Assembly: GCA_020048755.1 (NCBI GenBank)
Contig: JAIFMD010000029.1
Location: 1 to 62,979 of the forward strand
Length of the DNA stretch: 62,979 bases
From: Spirochaetota bacterium
GTDB taxonomy: Bacteria > Spirochaetota > Spirochaetia > Treponematales > UBA12059
Direction of reading: 5' to 3'
Below the pieces are notes generated by a model, which ran no database searches, was not told the DNA's origin, and worked only from the letters and a program-made list of their open reading frames with translations. Shown here in pieces: positions 7,833 to 17,254 of this stretch; position 1 is the stretch's first letter; the number at the start of each line of letters is the position of its first letter. Both the position numbers and the translations under genes were made by a program.

Positions 7833-9155
7833 TCAGGCAACAAGACTCTTAAGCGTTTCGTAGATGATCCTTGTTCCCAGCACCAGGTTGTCTATCGATA
7901 TCCTCTCGTCTATGCCGTGGAAACGGGCTAGCTCGCCGGGGGTAATTACCGCCGGAAAGAGGCCGTAGCACTGGACGCCCCTGCGGCGGAAGTGGCAGGA
8001 GTCGGTGGTGCCCGGAGTAAGCATGGGCACGGTTGCGGAATCGGGTACGAGCCTTGCAAGTGTTGCGGCCAGGGCGTTGTAGAATTCCGAGGTACTGTCT
8101 GATGGCTGGGCAGGGTGCGGCGTCTGCACGGTGTCTATCGAGATTTTCTCGTCGTTGATCAGTTTTGTCAGAAGGGCAACGAAGGCTTCAGGGCTATGTC
8201 CAGGCAGCAGGCGTGCGTCGATGATGGCCTCGGCCTGGTCGGGGATGACGTTTTCCTTGCCGCCAGCCGACAGTACCGTGACGCTCAGGGTGTCGCGCAG
8301 CATGGCTGACAACATGGGTGAGGCTGCAAGGAATGGCCGTGCCAGCCTGAAAGCCAGCGGGTTGCCAAGCTGGGCCATCACCAATGATTTGGGAAAAGCC
8401 ATCGTGCGTGCGATGCCAGAAAACATGGTGCGGACTATGGGGTGCAGTACATGCCTCGCGTTGATGCGCATGACCCGCCCGAGGGCGCGCACCAGGGTTT
8501 CTGCGGCGTTGTCTCCATGGGGCATGCCTGAATGGCCGGGCGTGCCCCGGGCTGATATCCGTAGCCACAGGTCAAGTTTTTCTGCAACCGCCACGGCAAA
8601 CACCGGTTTGGGTCCAAAAAAATCCTGCATGCCAAAGCCGCCTTCGTCCCATACGAATTCGGCATCCAGTTCCTGCCAGCGGTTCTCGATCATCCAGCTG
8701 GTACCCAGTTTTCCGCCCTTTTCTTCGTCGGCCGCGGCAAAGAAAATGACGTCCCTCGAGCGCGCCGGGTGGTTGCGCTGCAGCAGGTCCATGGCCAGGA
8801 GTTGCATGATGGCCATGCCCTTCATGTCGATGGCTCCACGGCCCCAGACGTACCCGTCGCGTATGTCTCCCGAGAAGGGTTCATGCGACCATTGCCTTGC
8901 GTCTGCCTCCACAACGTCCATGTGGTTGTAGAGGAGTACGGGGCGCTTGCGACCGTCCCCGGTGAGCCTTGCCGTCAGGTTGACGCGATCCGGGCCGGAT
9001 TGATGCAAAGCCGGCGAAAACCCGCGCTTGACCAGTTCGTCTTTCAGGAAGGCGGCGGTTCCGCTTTCGTTACCAGGCGGATTGACTGACTTGATCTTCA
9101 GGTAGGCGCCGAGCAGGCGTGGTGCTTCTTTTGCGACCTCATTCCAGTCGATCAT
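7833..9155 (-). CDS. M20-family metallopeptidase (ArgE/DapE/CPG2-like)
   Basis: Motifs 'LLYNHMDVV', 'WGRGAIDMKG' and 'FAAADEEKGG'. 4-nt overlap with the upstream epimerase gene. Confidence 0.85.
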   Translation of the reverse strand: MIDWNEVAKEAPRLLGAYLKIKSVNPPGNESGTAAFLKDELVKRGFSPALHQSGPDRVNLTARLTGDGRKRPVLLYNHMDVVEADARQWSHEPFSGDIRDGYVWGRGAIDMKGMAIMQLLAMDLLQRNHPARSRDVIFFAAADEEKGGKLGTSWMIENRWQELDAEFVWDEGGFGMQDFFGPKPVFAVAVAEKLDLWLRISARGTPGHSGMPHGDNAAETLVRALGRVMRINARHVLHPIVRTMFSGIARTMAFPKSLVMAQLGNPLAFRLARPFLAASPMLSAMLRDTLSVTVLSAGGKENVIPDQAEAIIDARLLPGHSPEAFVALLTKLINDEKISIDTVQTPHPAQPSDSTSEFYNALAATLARLVPDSATVPMLTPGTTDSCHFRRRGVQCYGLFPAVITPGELARFHGIDERISIDNLVLGTRIIYETLKSLVA

Positions 9156-10234
9156 GCAAGGGCCACGCCGAGTCCCGGTTCATTCGTGGCTGTAGCCTGG
9201 AATGTGGACCTGTCTACGGGGTAACCGCGTGCCGGGTCATTGGTGATGAAGAGGGGGCCGATGAGTTCGCAGGCTTCTATTCCGCCCTTGGCGGTCATAA
9301 AATGCAGGCCTGCCGCGCTGCCTATGGAACTTTCACCCATGGAACCGAGTATGCAGCGGATGCCGGCGGCTTCTGCTATGGCAAGGATTTTGGTCGCTTG
9401 CCTCAGGCCACCGCACTTCATCAGCTTTATGTTTATCATGTCTGCCGCGCCGAGTCGCGCGATGTGCAGGGCATCGGCAGGCGCATGACAGGATTCGTCA
9501 GCCATCACCGGGGTGTCTATGGCTGCGCTTACCTCCGCGAGTCCTTCCAGGTCGGCTGCAGCGACTGGCTGTTCTATCCAGTCCAGGTCGGACCTGTCCA
9601 TGGCCTTGATCGTCCTGAGCGCCGTGGCCGCATCCTTCCAGCCCTGGTTTACGTCGAGCCTGAGCCTGACACCGCTCGCGCCGGCATTCTGAATCGCTGC
9701 CCGGATCGCGGCGAGCCTGGCAAGGTCGGTATCGGGTTCAGACCCAAGTTTTATCTTGAGCGTCCGCAAGCCCATGCCCAGGAAGGTGCTGGCCATGTGG
9801 GCCATTGTTGCAGGCGATTCCAGGGGTATCACCGGATACAGGTTGATGGCTGCCCGGGAGCGGCCACCAAGCAGGCTGAAGGCGGGCAACCCTGTGGACT
9901 TGCCCATCAGGTCAAAAAGTGCCATGTCGATCGCGGCTATGGCCGCGGGGTACAATCCTATGGCTTCCAGGCAACGATCGATGATTGAATCGAGGTTGAA
10001 CGGATCCTGCCCCATAAGGAACTCTCCTGCGAGCCTGAGCGCTGCCAGGACTCCTTCCCGGGTTTCTCCCGTCACTTCAGGGTCTGGTGAGGCTTCTCCG
10101 AGGCCCATGTATCCTTCATCGGTATGGATCCTGAGCAAAGCGTAGGAGAGTTCGGGATAACTGCCGTAGGCCACGGTCAGCGGCGTTTGCAGCCTGAGGT
10201 CGAGCGGCGTGGCTTCTATACCGGTGATGCGCAT
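9152..10234 (-). CDS. Dipeptide epimerase, enolase superfamily (L-Ala-D/L-Glu epimerase-like)
   Basis: Motifs 'TLKIKLG' (KxK), 'RLDVNQGW', 'WIEQPV', 'MADES' and 'INIKLMKCGG', in the order typical of the MLE subgroup of dipeptide epimerases. Confidence 0.8.
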   Translation of the reverse strand: MRITGIEATPLDLRLQTPLTVAYGSYPELSYALLRIHTDEGYMGLGEASPDPEVTGETREGVLAALRLAGEFLMGQDPFNLDSIIDRCLEAIGLYPAAIAAIDMALFDLMGKSTGLPAFSLLGGRSRAAINLYPVIPLESPATMAHMASTFLGMGLRTLKIKLGSEPDTDLARLAAIRAAIQNAGASGVRLRLDVNQGWKDAATALRTIKAMDRSDLDWIEQPVAAADLEGLAEVSAAIDTPVMADESCHAPADALHIARLGAADMINIKLMKCGGLRQATKILAIAEAAGIRCILGSMGESSIGSAAGLHFMTAKGGIEACELIGPLFITNDPARGYPVDRSTFQATATNEPGLGVALA

Positions 10235-10236
10235 GT

Positions 10237-11439
10237 CTAGGCTGCTTCCAAGGCTGGTTTGCGGTAACGGAAAATCAGTATCACCACAGGCAAGGCAAGT
10301 ATGTGCACTCCGGCAAAAATACCGAACATGGGCTTGAAGCCCACCGCATCGACAAGCATTCCGGCCAGGGGTTGCCCGAGTCCTATGCCTATGTTGCCGA
10401 CTGCCATTATGAAGGCGAACGTAAAGGCTGCTATACGCGGATCAGAGAAATCCATGCCCATCGCAAAGTACACGGTTTCATAGTATCCAAAGGCAATTCC
10501 GAACAGGAATACCAGTATCCACATGAGGCCAGCAGAAGGTGCCACCGCCAGGGCCAGGGTAACCGCCGAGGTCAGTACCAAGGCTGAGAGGATGCTGGTG
10601 CGCTCGCCCAGTTTCCTCATGAGCGGACCGCCTCCGAGTCCACCGGCTATGGTTCCAATCCCGAATACCGATGTGTAGAGCCCTACCGTGCCGAGCGACA
10701 CGCCAAAGCCTTCATTGAGGAAGGCCCCGACCATACCCTGCGCGCTGTACAGGGCCAGGGGGTAGACTATCCCGAGTACCAGGAACAGGAGGAACGGTGC
10801 ACTCCTCCAGGATCTGAACGCATCCCTGGAGAATTGCAGGTCAGGGGCGCGCTCCTTTTTCTCGGAGACAAGCAATGCGGGAATCAACGCCAGAAAACCG
10901 AGCCCGGCTATCATGAGAAACGAGATAGACCACCTTCCCTGTTCAGAAAAGGCGCCCATCAACACCGCCATCACCACGGCGCTCAGAGCCCGGCCTCCGA
11001 CCATGAGGCCCTGCACCAGCCCGCGGTCTTCAGGTGGTGTGCTGTCTATGGACAGGCCGTCTGTCGTGGTGTCGTAGGTCGACATGCCCAGGGATGCCAG
11101 GATCATGGCCGCCAGATACAATGGAAAGGCAGTGCCAGGCGAAATGAAGGGCAGGGCGAGGAACGCCGATGACTGCAGGAGCAATCCCATGATGATGAAC
11201 GGTTTTCTGTGTCCCTTGTTGAACAGGCTGACCCGGTCTGACAGCAGGCCTATGAAAATCTTGAGGACAAACGGGATGAGGGTGATGCCACCCACCAGGC
11301 CGATCAGGGAAAACGACAGGTTAAACGACCTGAGGTACAGCACATTGAAGGCCGAGAAGTAGGTCAGTACCGCTCCTTCGACGAAGTACACCGTCGCAAA
11401 AAGCGTGAGTCGAAGAATGCGGGCCTTGCGGTCGTCCAT
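10237..11439 (-). CDS. MFS transporter, AmpG/BT1-like
   Basis: About 12 hydrophobic segments. The N-terminal 'FATVYFVEGAVLTYFSAFNVLYLRSFNLSFSLIGLVGGITLIPFVLKIFIGLLSDR...GHRKPFII' resembles the AmpG / folate-biopterin transporter family. It is the first gene of the operon with the epimerase and peptidase. Confidence 0.75.
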   Translation of the reverse strand: MDDRKARILRLTLFATVYFVEGAVLTYFSAFNVLYLRSFNLSFSLIGLVGGITLIPFVLKIFIGLLSDRVSLFNKGHRKPFIIMGLLLQSSAFLALPFISPGTAFPLYLAAMILASLGMSTYDTTTDGLSIDSTPPEDRGLVQGLMVGGRALSAVVMAVLMGAFSEQGRWSISFLMIAGLGFLALIPALLVSEKKERAPDLQFSRDAFRSWRSAPFLLFLVLGIVYPLALYSAQGMVGAFLNEGFGVSLGTVGLYTSVFGIGTIAGGLGGGPLMRKLGERTSILSALVLTSAVTLALAVAPSAGLMWILVFLFGIAFGYYETVYFAMGMDFSDPRIAAFTFAFIMAVGNIGIGLGQPLAGMLVDAVGFKPMFGIFAGVHILALPVVILIFRYRKPALEAA

Positions 11440-11667
11440 CTGAATGCTCCTTGCCCTGACTGTGAGCGCCCCGTAATTGCGCAGCTTAAATTCGATTCCA
11501 TTAAATAGAATGTTGATTCTGATTTAGTATATACCGGATTACGGTCAATGCAAGTGCGTGTGAATACTGTTTTTTTGTATTTTCGTCAAGGAACAACCCA
11601 TCTGTAGTATCGGTAGATGCTGAACCTGTCGTATCATGGCAATACAGAATCAAGGAGGCTCCACGGC

Positions 11668-12700
11668 ATGTCTGATGACTCGAGCGACCCCGCCGGGCCG
11701 CACAAGCGCCGTCCCCGCTACAAGGGCACACACCCCCGCGCGTTCTCTGAAAAGTACAAGGAACTCGATCCCGAACGCTACACAGCCGATGTCGAAAAGG
11801 TGATCGCCCGGGGCGCGACCCCGGCTGGCAGCCACCGCAGCATCTGCGTCCGGGAAGTGCTCGACGTACTTGCCCCCAGACCGGGAGAACTGGCTGTAGA
11901 CGCCACCCTCGGACATGGCGGCCACGCTCTGGAGTTGCTCAAGGCCATCATGCCCGGTGGCACCCTCTACGGTCTGGACCGGGACCCGCTTGAAATTGCA
12001 AAGACAGAAGCGCGCCTCAGGGAAGCAGGCTTTGGTGAGCAGTCCTTTGTCGCTGTACGGATCAACTTTGCTGAGACCGGCAAGCTGTTTTCTGAAGACA
12101 GTCCGTTGGCAGCACCATTGGCCGGGGTAGACATGGTACTCGCCGACCTAGGCGTCTCGTCGATGCAGATAGACAATCCCGACCGGGGCTTTACCTTCAA
12201 GTTCGAGCGCCGCAGAGCTTATCCGCAGCCTCTCTGAATCAAAAATGCGTGAGCTCATCGACGAGTACTCAGACGAGCCTGAGGCGGCCATCATAGCCCG
12301 GGTCCTGACCCAGCGCCGCGGCACAATCGATACAACCAAGGCCCTGCGCGATGCCATCCGCTATGCGCTTGAAGGCCGCGTTGAGTCAGACGACGTCATC
12401 AAGAAGGCCATAAAGCGCACCTTCCAGGCCTTCCGCATAGCCGTGAACGGCGAACTGTCTGCCCTGGACGCCCTGCTCGCGGCGTTGCCAGATTGCCTGA
12501 ATCCTGGTGGCCGCGCTGCCATACTGTGCTTCCATTCAGGCGAGGAGGGGCGGGTAGCGCGCGCCTTCCAGACCGGGCTGGACAGCGGCGTGTACGCATC
12601 GATATCCCCAGAAGGCCTACGGGCCAGCGCCGAAGAGCGCTACCAGAATCCCCGCTCTACCTCGGCACGGCTGTGGTGGGCGATCAGGGCGGGAACGTGA
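11668..12700 (+). pseudogene. rsmH: RsmH/MraW-family SAM methyltransferase paralogue, split by an internal deletion with a frameshift
   Basis: Frame 1 (11668-12237) contains 'VDATLGHGGH...GLDRDP...ADLGVSSMQIDNPDRGFTF'. Frame 2 (open from 12173; ATG at 12245) contains 'SAAELI...EPEAAIIARVL...KRTFQAFRIAVNGEL...GGRAAILCFHSGEEGRV...NPRSTSARLW'. The conserved 'DGPLDMRMD' block expected between the two halves is absent. RBS 'aaggagg' at 11652-11658. Confidence 0.7.
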
Positions 12701-12734
12701 CTGTTTTAACGAACAGCAGATACACTGAACAGTT

Positions 12735-12766
12735 AAAAAAGGCCGAAGCCAGCTGGCTTCGGCCTT
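12735..12766 (-). terminator. Rho-independent terminator, mainly for the minus-strand gene 12786-13658
   Basis: Perfect palindrome 'ggccgaagccagctggcttcggcc' (12741-12764). It is flanked by 'aaaaaa' (12735-12740), which reads as a T-run on the minus strand. Confidence 0.75.
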
Positions 12767-12785
12767 CGTCGTCCACAGGAACGTC

Positions 12786-13658
12786 TTATTTCTTGAACTT
12801 TACCTTGCCTTCAGCCAGGGCCATCTTGTAGGCGGCCTGGAGTTCGAGGGCGTAGTGGGGGAAGTCGGAATAGGTGGCACCGGTAACGGCGTCAGCGACG
12901 AAGAATACATCGTCGGTGGCAGCAGTGTAACCGGCTACCTTGGCGGCGGCGTCAACAGCCTTGTCTTCGACCAGGGTCACCTTTACCTTCTTCAGCGTGG
13001 CTGCCGCAAAGTTGGCGGTAGGGTTGGCTACGAAGAAGTTGATGAGGGCTTTGTAGTTGTAGCGGTAGCCGATGCTGCCGGCATTCAGGGCCATGTAGTT
13101 GGCGGCGGGATTGGACTTGTCCATGTGACCATAGTGTACGGTCTCGGACGCCTTCTTGCCGACGGTGACCTTGAGGCCTTCGATCGTCACGGAGACGATC
13201 TTGTCTTCACGGGCAGCCTTGGCGTAGGCGGCGGCGCGGATGGGGTTGCCCATGAGGCCTTCAAAGTCACGCTCGAACTGGCGGGTAGGACGGGCGAAAG
13301 CATCTTTACCGGGGGTGAACTGTGACCAGACGCTGACACCGTTCTGCACATTGTAGATGTAGAACATGTAACCCTTGATCTCGGGATCGGCGTTCATGGC
13401 GTTGGCGAGGGGGTCGGGTACACGAACCACATAGCCATCCATAGTCGTCTTTCCGTCTGGGGAATTGAACTCGGCAAAGCCGCCCGGACCCTGCCACTCG
13501 GCGAGTGACGCGGACACAACCTTGGTGCCCTTGATGGTGACGGTGGCTTCACCGATGTAGCCACCCTGGTGAGCGACAAAGTACTTGGTCGCGGTCTGCG
13601 CAAATACAGCCGACGCGCTGAGTATCAACGCGAGAGCGATGAACGTGATCTTCTTCAT
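12786..13658 (-). CDS. Secreted protein with a C-terminal FMN-binding-like domain
   Basis: Sec signal 'MKKITFIALALILSASAVFAQ'. 'ADAVTGATYSDF' matches the FMN_bind signature (xSGAT[YI]S). Confidence 0.55.
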   Translation of the reverse strand: MKKITFIALALILSASAVFAQTATKYFVAHQGGYIGEATVTIKGTKVVSASLAEWQGPGGFAEFNSPDGKTTMDGYVVRVPDPLANAMNADPEIKGYMFYIYNVQNGVSVWSQFTPGKDAFARPTRQFERDFEGLMGNPIRAAAYAKAAREDKIVSVTIEGLKVTVGKKASETVHYGHMDKSNPAANYMALNAGSIGYRYNYKALINFFVANPTANFAAATLKKVKVTLVEDKAVDAAAKVAGYTAATDDVFFVADAVTGATYSDFPHYALELQAAYKMALAEGKVKFKK

Positions 13659-13799
13659 AAAACTACCTCCACTGGTGAACGTACGCCCCGCCCGCTGTTT
13701 GCGAATCGTGGGCGCTGTATGCGGAGTATACTTGGCGATATTAGAAAATAAGTCAATATCTATATATAATACATTGAAAGAATGATATATAGGACGGGT

Positions 13800-14567
13800 T
13801 CAATGAGTCCAGGGGAAGAATAGTTGCTTGAGTGTACGTTCGCCGAGTGCTTCTACGTCCGTGGCAAGAAGCTCGGCCCACGGTACGCGTCCCTTGGCCG
13901 AACCCGTCTTGGTCATCCAGTCCAGCTTGTAGCTGCGTAGTCTGACTGCCTCGCAGCCTGCCAGGACTGCCGCCGCCGGACCCGGCAGCAGGAATGCCAC
14001 CAGCGGTGAGATGGCGATGCAGAACAGTCCGTCAATCGCGAGTATCAGCGAGAACAACGGTGCATCCACAAAGAGCACGAACGAAGACCGCAAGGCCATA
14101 CTGAAGGTTCCCCCATTGGCGGCACGCCATGGCAGGAAATACTGCAGGGTCAGAACGAGGCACAGGAACAGCCAGAAGGCCAGGCTGGTCGCAAAAAGAC
14201 CAAAAAAGCTGCCAATCGAAGAATAGAACGGAAAAACTACCAAGGCCAGCAGCGCGGCTATTGAAACCATCGCTCCGAACTGGAGCCCCGGCACCCACCC
14301 GGCTGAAAATGCCGCGCGCAGCTCTCCAGCCCTGAACGTTCCCGAGCCGGCCACAGCCGTCATTGCATGTGCTGCGACAGAACACCACAGCGAGCCTGCC
14401 ATCAGGAGGAACAGCAGACCGGCACTACGTACCAACGAGTTGTCAATGGTCGCGGGAAGCCAGATGCCCAGGGCTGCGAGGGCCAGGAACGCGGCATTGA
14501 AGCCCGAGAGTGCAAGCAGGTTGTCCCAGCCATCATAGAAGCTTTTCTTGAAGAAGAAGGTGATCAT
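13800..14567 (-). CDS. YesL-like (DUF624) integral membrane protein
   Basis: 'MITFFFKKSFYDGWDNLLALSGFNAAFL' followed by ~6 TM segments, next to a CUT1 sugar ABC operon as is typical for this family. The ATG was chosen at 14567; the longer ORF to 14720 has an implausible N-terminus. Confidence 0.6.
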   Translation of the reverse strand: MITFFFKKSFYDGWDNLLALSGFNAAFLALAALGIWLPATIDNSLVRSAGLLFLLMAGSLWCSVAAHAMTAVAGSGTFRAGELRAAFSAGWVPGLQFGAMVSIAALLALVVFPFYSSIGSFFGLFATSLAFWLFLCLVLTLQYFLPWRAANGGTFSMALRSSFVLFVDAPLFSLILAIDGLFCIAISPLVAFLLPGPAAAVLAGCEAVRLRSYKLDWMTKTGSAKGRVPWAELLATDVEALGERTLKQLFFPWTH

Positions 14568-14731
14568 ATAAAAAGATATAGCAGTGTAATGCAGGCTTTG
14601 CAAGCAGATCGCCTGTAGCTGATGCCGCCATTGCCAACAAAAAGCCGGTTTCGCGGCATTGCGTGCTGGCCGGAACACCCCGAATATGATCAGTGAATAA
14701 TTCCAGAGCAAGCAATCCATAGGAGGATGCC

Positions 14732-16030
14732 ATGAAACGTTTTACAGCGATGGTACTCGCACTCACCGTGGCCGCGTCTGTTTTCGCGCAGGCCCCGACC
14801 GTTTCCGCCCTCAAGGGCAAGAAGGTTGAAGTCGTCATCTGGACGCATGAGGACGCGGCCAGGACTGCCCTCGAGAAGCGCCTGATAGATGAGTTCATCA
14901 AGGCCAACCCCACTGTCACCGTAAACTATGTGACCTATCCGTCAGGCAAGATCAAGGACATCGTGGTAGCCGGTTTCGCGGCCAATGCCGGTCCGGACAT
15001 ATTCAACCTGGAGATTTTTGACGAGTATCAGTTCATATCCAACGGGCGCGTCGCGCCGGTTGATTATAAGGCCGCGGGCTTCAAGAGCCTCAAGGACATG
15101 CAGGCCAAGTACATGGCAGGCATGCTCGACCCGGTAACCGAGGATGGCAAGATCTACGGCATGCCCCTGGAACTGACCAACTGGGCCATATACCTGAACA
15201 AGAAGATTTTCAGGGATGCCGGCCTCGATCCGATGAAGGACTATCCCAAAACCTGGGAAGACGTGATGGCGGTTTCAGAGAAGATAGTCAAGCGCGACGG
15301 CCAGATCATAACGCGCCGCGGCTTTGACTTTCGCTATCCGTACTACCTCACTTCGGTCGTGCCGATGGTGGAACAGCTCGGTGGCGTCCTTGTTGCCAAG
15401 GATGGAAAAAGCGTAATCACCGGCGACGCAGCCTGGCTCAAGGTGCTCAGCTATTTCAAGGATTTCGGACCCAACGGCAAGAACCTCGGGTCGCCCACCT
15501 ACACGGCTGCGCGCAAGGTTTTCGACAACGACAAGAACGAGATAGCCATGTCGCTGTCCGGACTCTATCAGGAAGCACGCATGCGTGATGTCAACAAGGC
15601 CTTTTATGATTCAGGCGAATGGATGGTCATTCCGTATCCCCAGTGGAAAGACGCCGTCAATAAGGTGCCGAACAACTACTACGGCCACTACTACATGGTC
15701 AACGCACAGAAGTCAAAGCTCAACCAGCAGGCAGCCTGGGCGCTCCTGGGCTACATGCTCGGCCATGGTCAGGAATACCTCGAGAAGGTAGCCATCGTGC
15801 AGCCGACCAAGGCTCTGATGGAGTCAGCCACCTTCAAGAACATGCCGTACTCCGACGTGTTTGCCAAGGACATGGCCGCCGGCCACATCGTGTATTACGG
15901 TGCCGCCAGCTCCAAGATCGAATCGTTGCTCAAGGAAGCCTTTGAGTCAGTGATGCTCTCCGGTGTGGAGCCCGCCAAGGCTTTGGAGAAACTCCGCAAA
16001 GACGTCACCGCCGCCCTGGCAGATATTTAG
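14732..16030 (+). CDS. Sugar ABC transporter substrate-binding protein (family 1, CUT1)
   Basis: Signal 'MKRFTAMVLALTVAASVFAQA', a ~430-aa SBP architecture, RBS 'aggagg' upstream, and two MalF/MalG-type permease genes downstream. Confidence 0.85.
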   Translation: MKRFTAMVLALTVAASVFAQAPTVSALKGKKVEVVIWTHEDAARTALEKRLIDEFIKANPTVTVNYVTYPSGKIKDIVVAGFAANAGPDIFNLEIFDEYQFISNGRVAPVDYKAAGFKSLKDMQAKYMAGMLDPVTEDGKIYGMPLELTNWAIYLNKKIFRDAGLDPMKDYPKTWEDVMAVSEKIVKRDGQIITRRGFDFRYPYYLTSVVPMVEQLGGVLVAKDGKSVITGDAAWLKVLSYFKDFGPNGKNLGSPTYTAARKVFDNDKNEIAMSLSGLYQEARMRDVNKAFYDSGEWMVIPYPQWKDAVNKVPNNYYGHYYMVNAQKSKLNQQAAWALLGYMLGHGQEYLEKVAIVQPTKALMESATFKNMPYSDVFAKDMAAGHIVYYGAASSKIESLLKEAFESVMLSGVEPAKALEKLRKDVTAALADI

Positions 16031-16045
16031 ACCAAGAATTTGAAC

Positions 16046-16298
16046 CACAGAGGCACAGAGACACAGAGAGGATGAGGAATTAAGAGTAGGAAATTTGGCA
16101 CAGAGACACAGAGAAGATGAGAAGAGGGATAAAGATAGGAAGTTTGGGCACAGAGACACGGAGTGCGGCGCGAGACTCGTAGCGCCGCAAGGGGGTTTGG
16201 GGGATCTGCCCCCAATGGCTACCGTTAGGGGGGATACCCCCCTAAAACCCCCTGTGATCCTGCGCATTGCTCGGATCTTATCTCCGTGTCTCCGTGTG
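16046..16298. repeat. Composite intergenic repeat element: three direct 'ggcacagagacacRgag' copies, GC hairpins and an inverted terminal copy
   Basis: Direct copies at 16052-16069, 16097-16114 and 16147-16163, with an inverted copy 'tctccgtgtctccgtgtg' at 16281-16298. Hairpins: gcggcgc/gcgccgc (16165-16171/16182-16188), ttggggg/cccccaa (16197-16203/16209-16215) and tagggggg/ccccccta (16226-16233/16237-16244). Confidence 0.85.
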
Positions 16299-16342
16299 AA
16301 AATTGTGTACCAGGCAGTATGTCAGGCATCGTGGAGGTGGTG

Positions 16343-17254
16343 ATGAAGAGGCGGGAAATTGTCGGGGCTCTGGAACGGAACCGATCGAAGTGGGGCTGGG
16401 CCTTCGTGGCTCCGGGGCTTGTGTTCTTCTCCGTGTTTTCGTTCTATCCGATGCTCAACGCAATCTGGACGAGCTTCTTCAACAAGAGGCTGCTGTCGCT
16501 CAAGAAACCCGTGTTCATCGGGTTGCAGAATTACCAGAAAGTACTGGGCTCGGAGGATTTCTGGAACTCCGCAAGGGCTACCGCAACCTTCACCGTTGGA
16601 GTCTTCGTGCCACTGTTCATCATGAGCCTCCTGTTTGCCGCCCTCATAACCAACATGAAACGAGGCAAGCGCTTTGCCCAGGCGGCTTTGTATTCGCCCG
16701 CGGTGCTGTCTTCAGTCGTGGCCGCCCTGATATGGCTTCTGATGCTTGATCCACGCGGGCTTGCAAACCAGTTTGTCAACTGGATCTCCATGACTCCTGG
16801 CATAGATCACCAGTGGCTCTCCAGCGCCACGATGGTTCAGGTTTCAACGATGATTGTGTATGTCTGGAAATACCTTGGATATTTTACCATCCTGTTCGTC
16901 ACCGGCATTGGCAAGATACCGGATTCAGTCAATGAAGCTGCTCTGATGGACGGAGCGGGGCCAATCCGCCGTTTCTTTTCAATAACACTTCCACTGCTCA
17001 GGCCAACGACGGTGCTCGTATCGGTGATGATACTGATTCAGTGCATGAAGACCTTCAGCACCCAGTACCTGTTCACCCAGAGCGGGGCGCCCCTTGCTCC
17101 GATCAACGTGATTACGCTGAATATCTACAATACTGCGATGCGCGACCTCAACATCGGCAGGGCCAGCGTCATGAGCACGCTGCTGTTCCTCCTGATGCTG
17201 GGGTTGACCTGGATACAGCTCCGCACCTCCAGGAACAGCGAGGCTGATCTATGA
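16343..17254 (+). CDS. Sugar ABC transporter permease (MalF/UgpA-like)
   Basis: Six TM segments and an EAA-like loop 'SVNEAALMDGAGPIRRFFSITLPLLRP'. RBS 'ggaggtgg' lies before ATG 16343. Confidence 0.85.
   Translation: MKRREIVGALERNRSKWGWAFVAPGLVFFSVFSFYPMLNAIWTSFFNKRLLSLKKPVFIGLQNYQKVLGSEDFWNSARATATFTVGVFVPLFIMSLLFAALITNMKRGKRFAQAALYSPAVLSSVVAALIWLLMLDPRGLANQFVNWISMTPGIDHQWLSSATMVQVSTMIVYVWKYLGYFTILFVTGIGKIPDSVNEAALMDGAGPIRRFFSITLPLLRPTTVLVSVMILIQCMKTFSTQYLFTQSGAPLAPINVITLNIYNTAMRDLNIGRASVMSTLLFLLMLGLTWIQLRTSRNSEADL

Noticed and set aside
15947-16267. Small ORFs inside the 16.0-kb repeat element (for example 'SLCLCASVV...', 'HREDEKRDKDRK...').
   Set aside because: These are translations of the 'cacagagacacagag' repeat and GC hairpins in both orientations. 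They have no SD sequence, are low-complexity, and look like typical spurious calls on repeat DNA.
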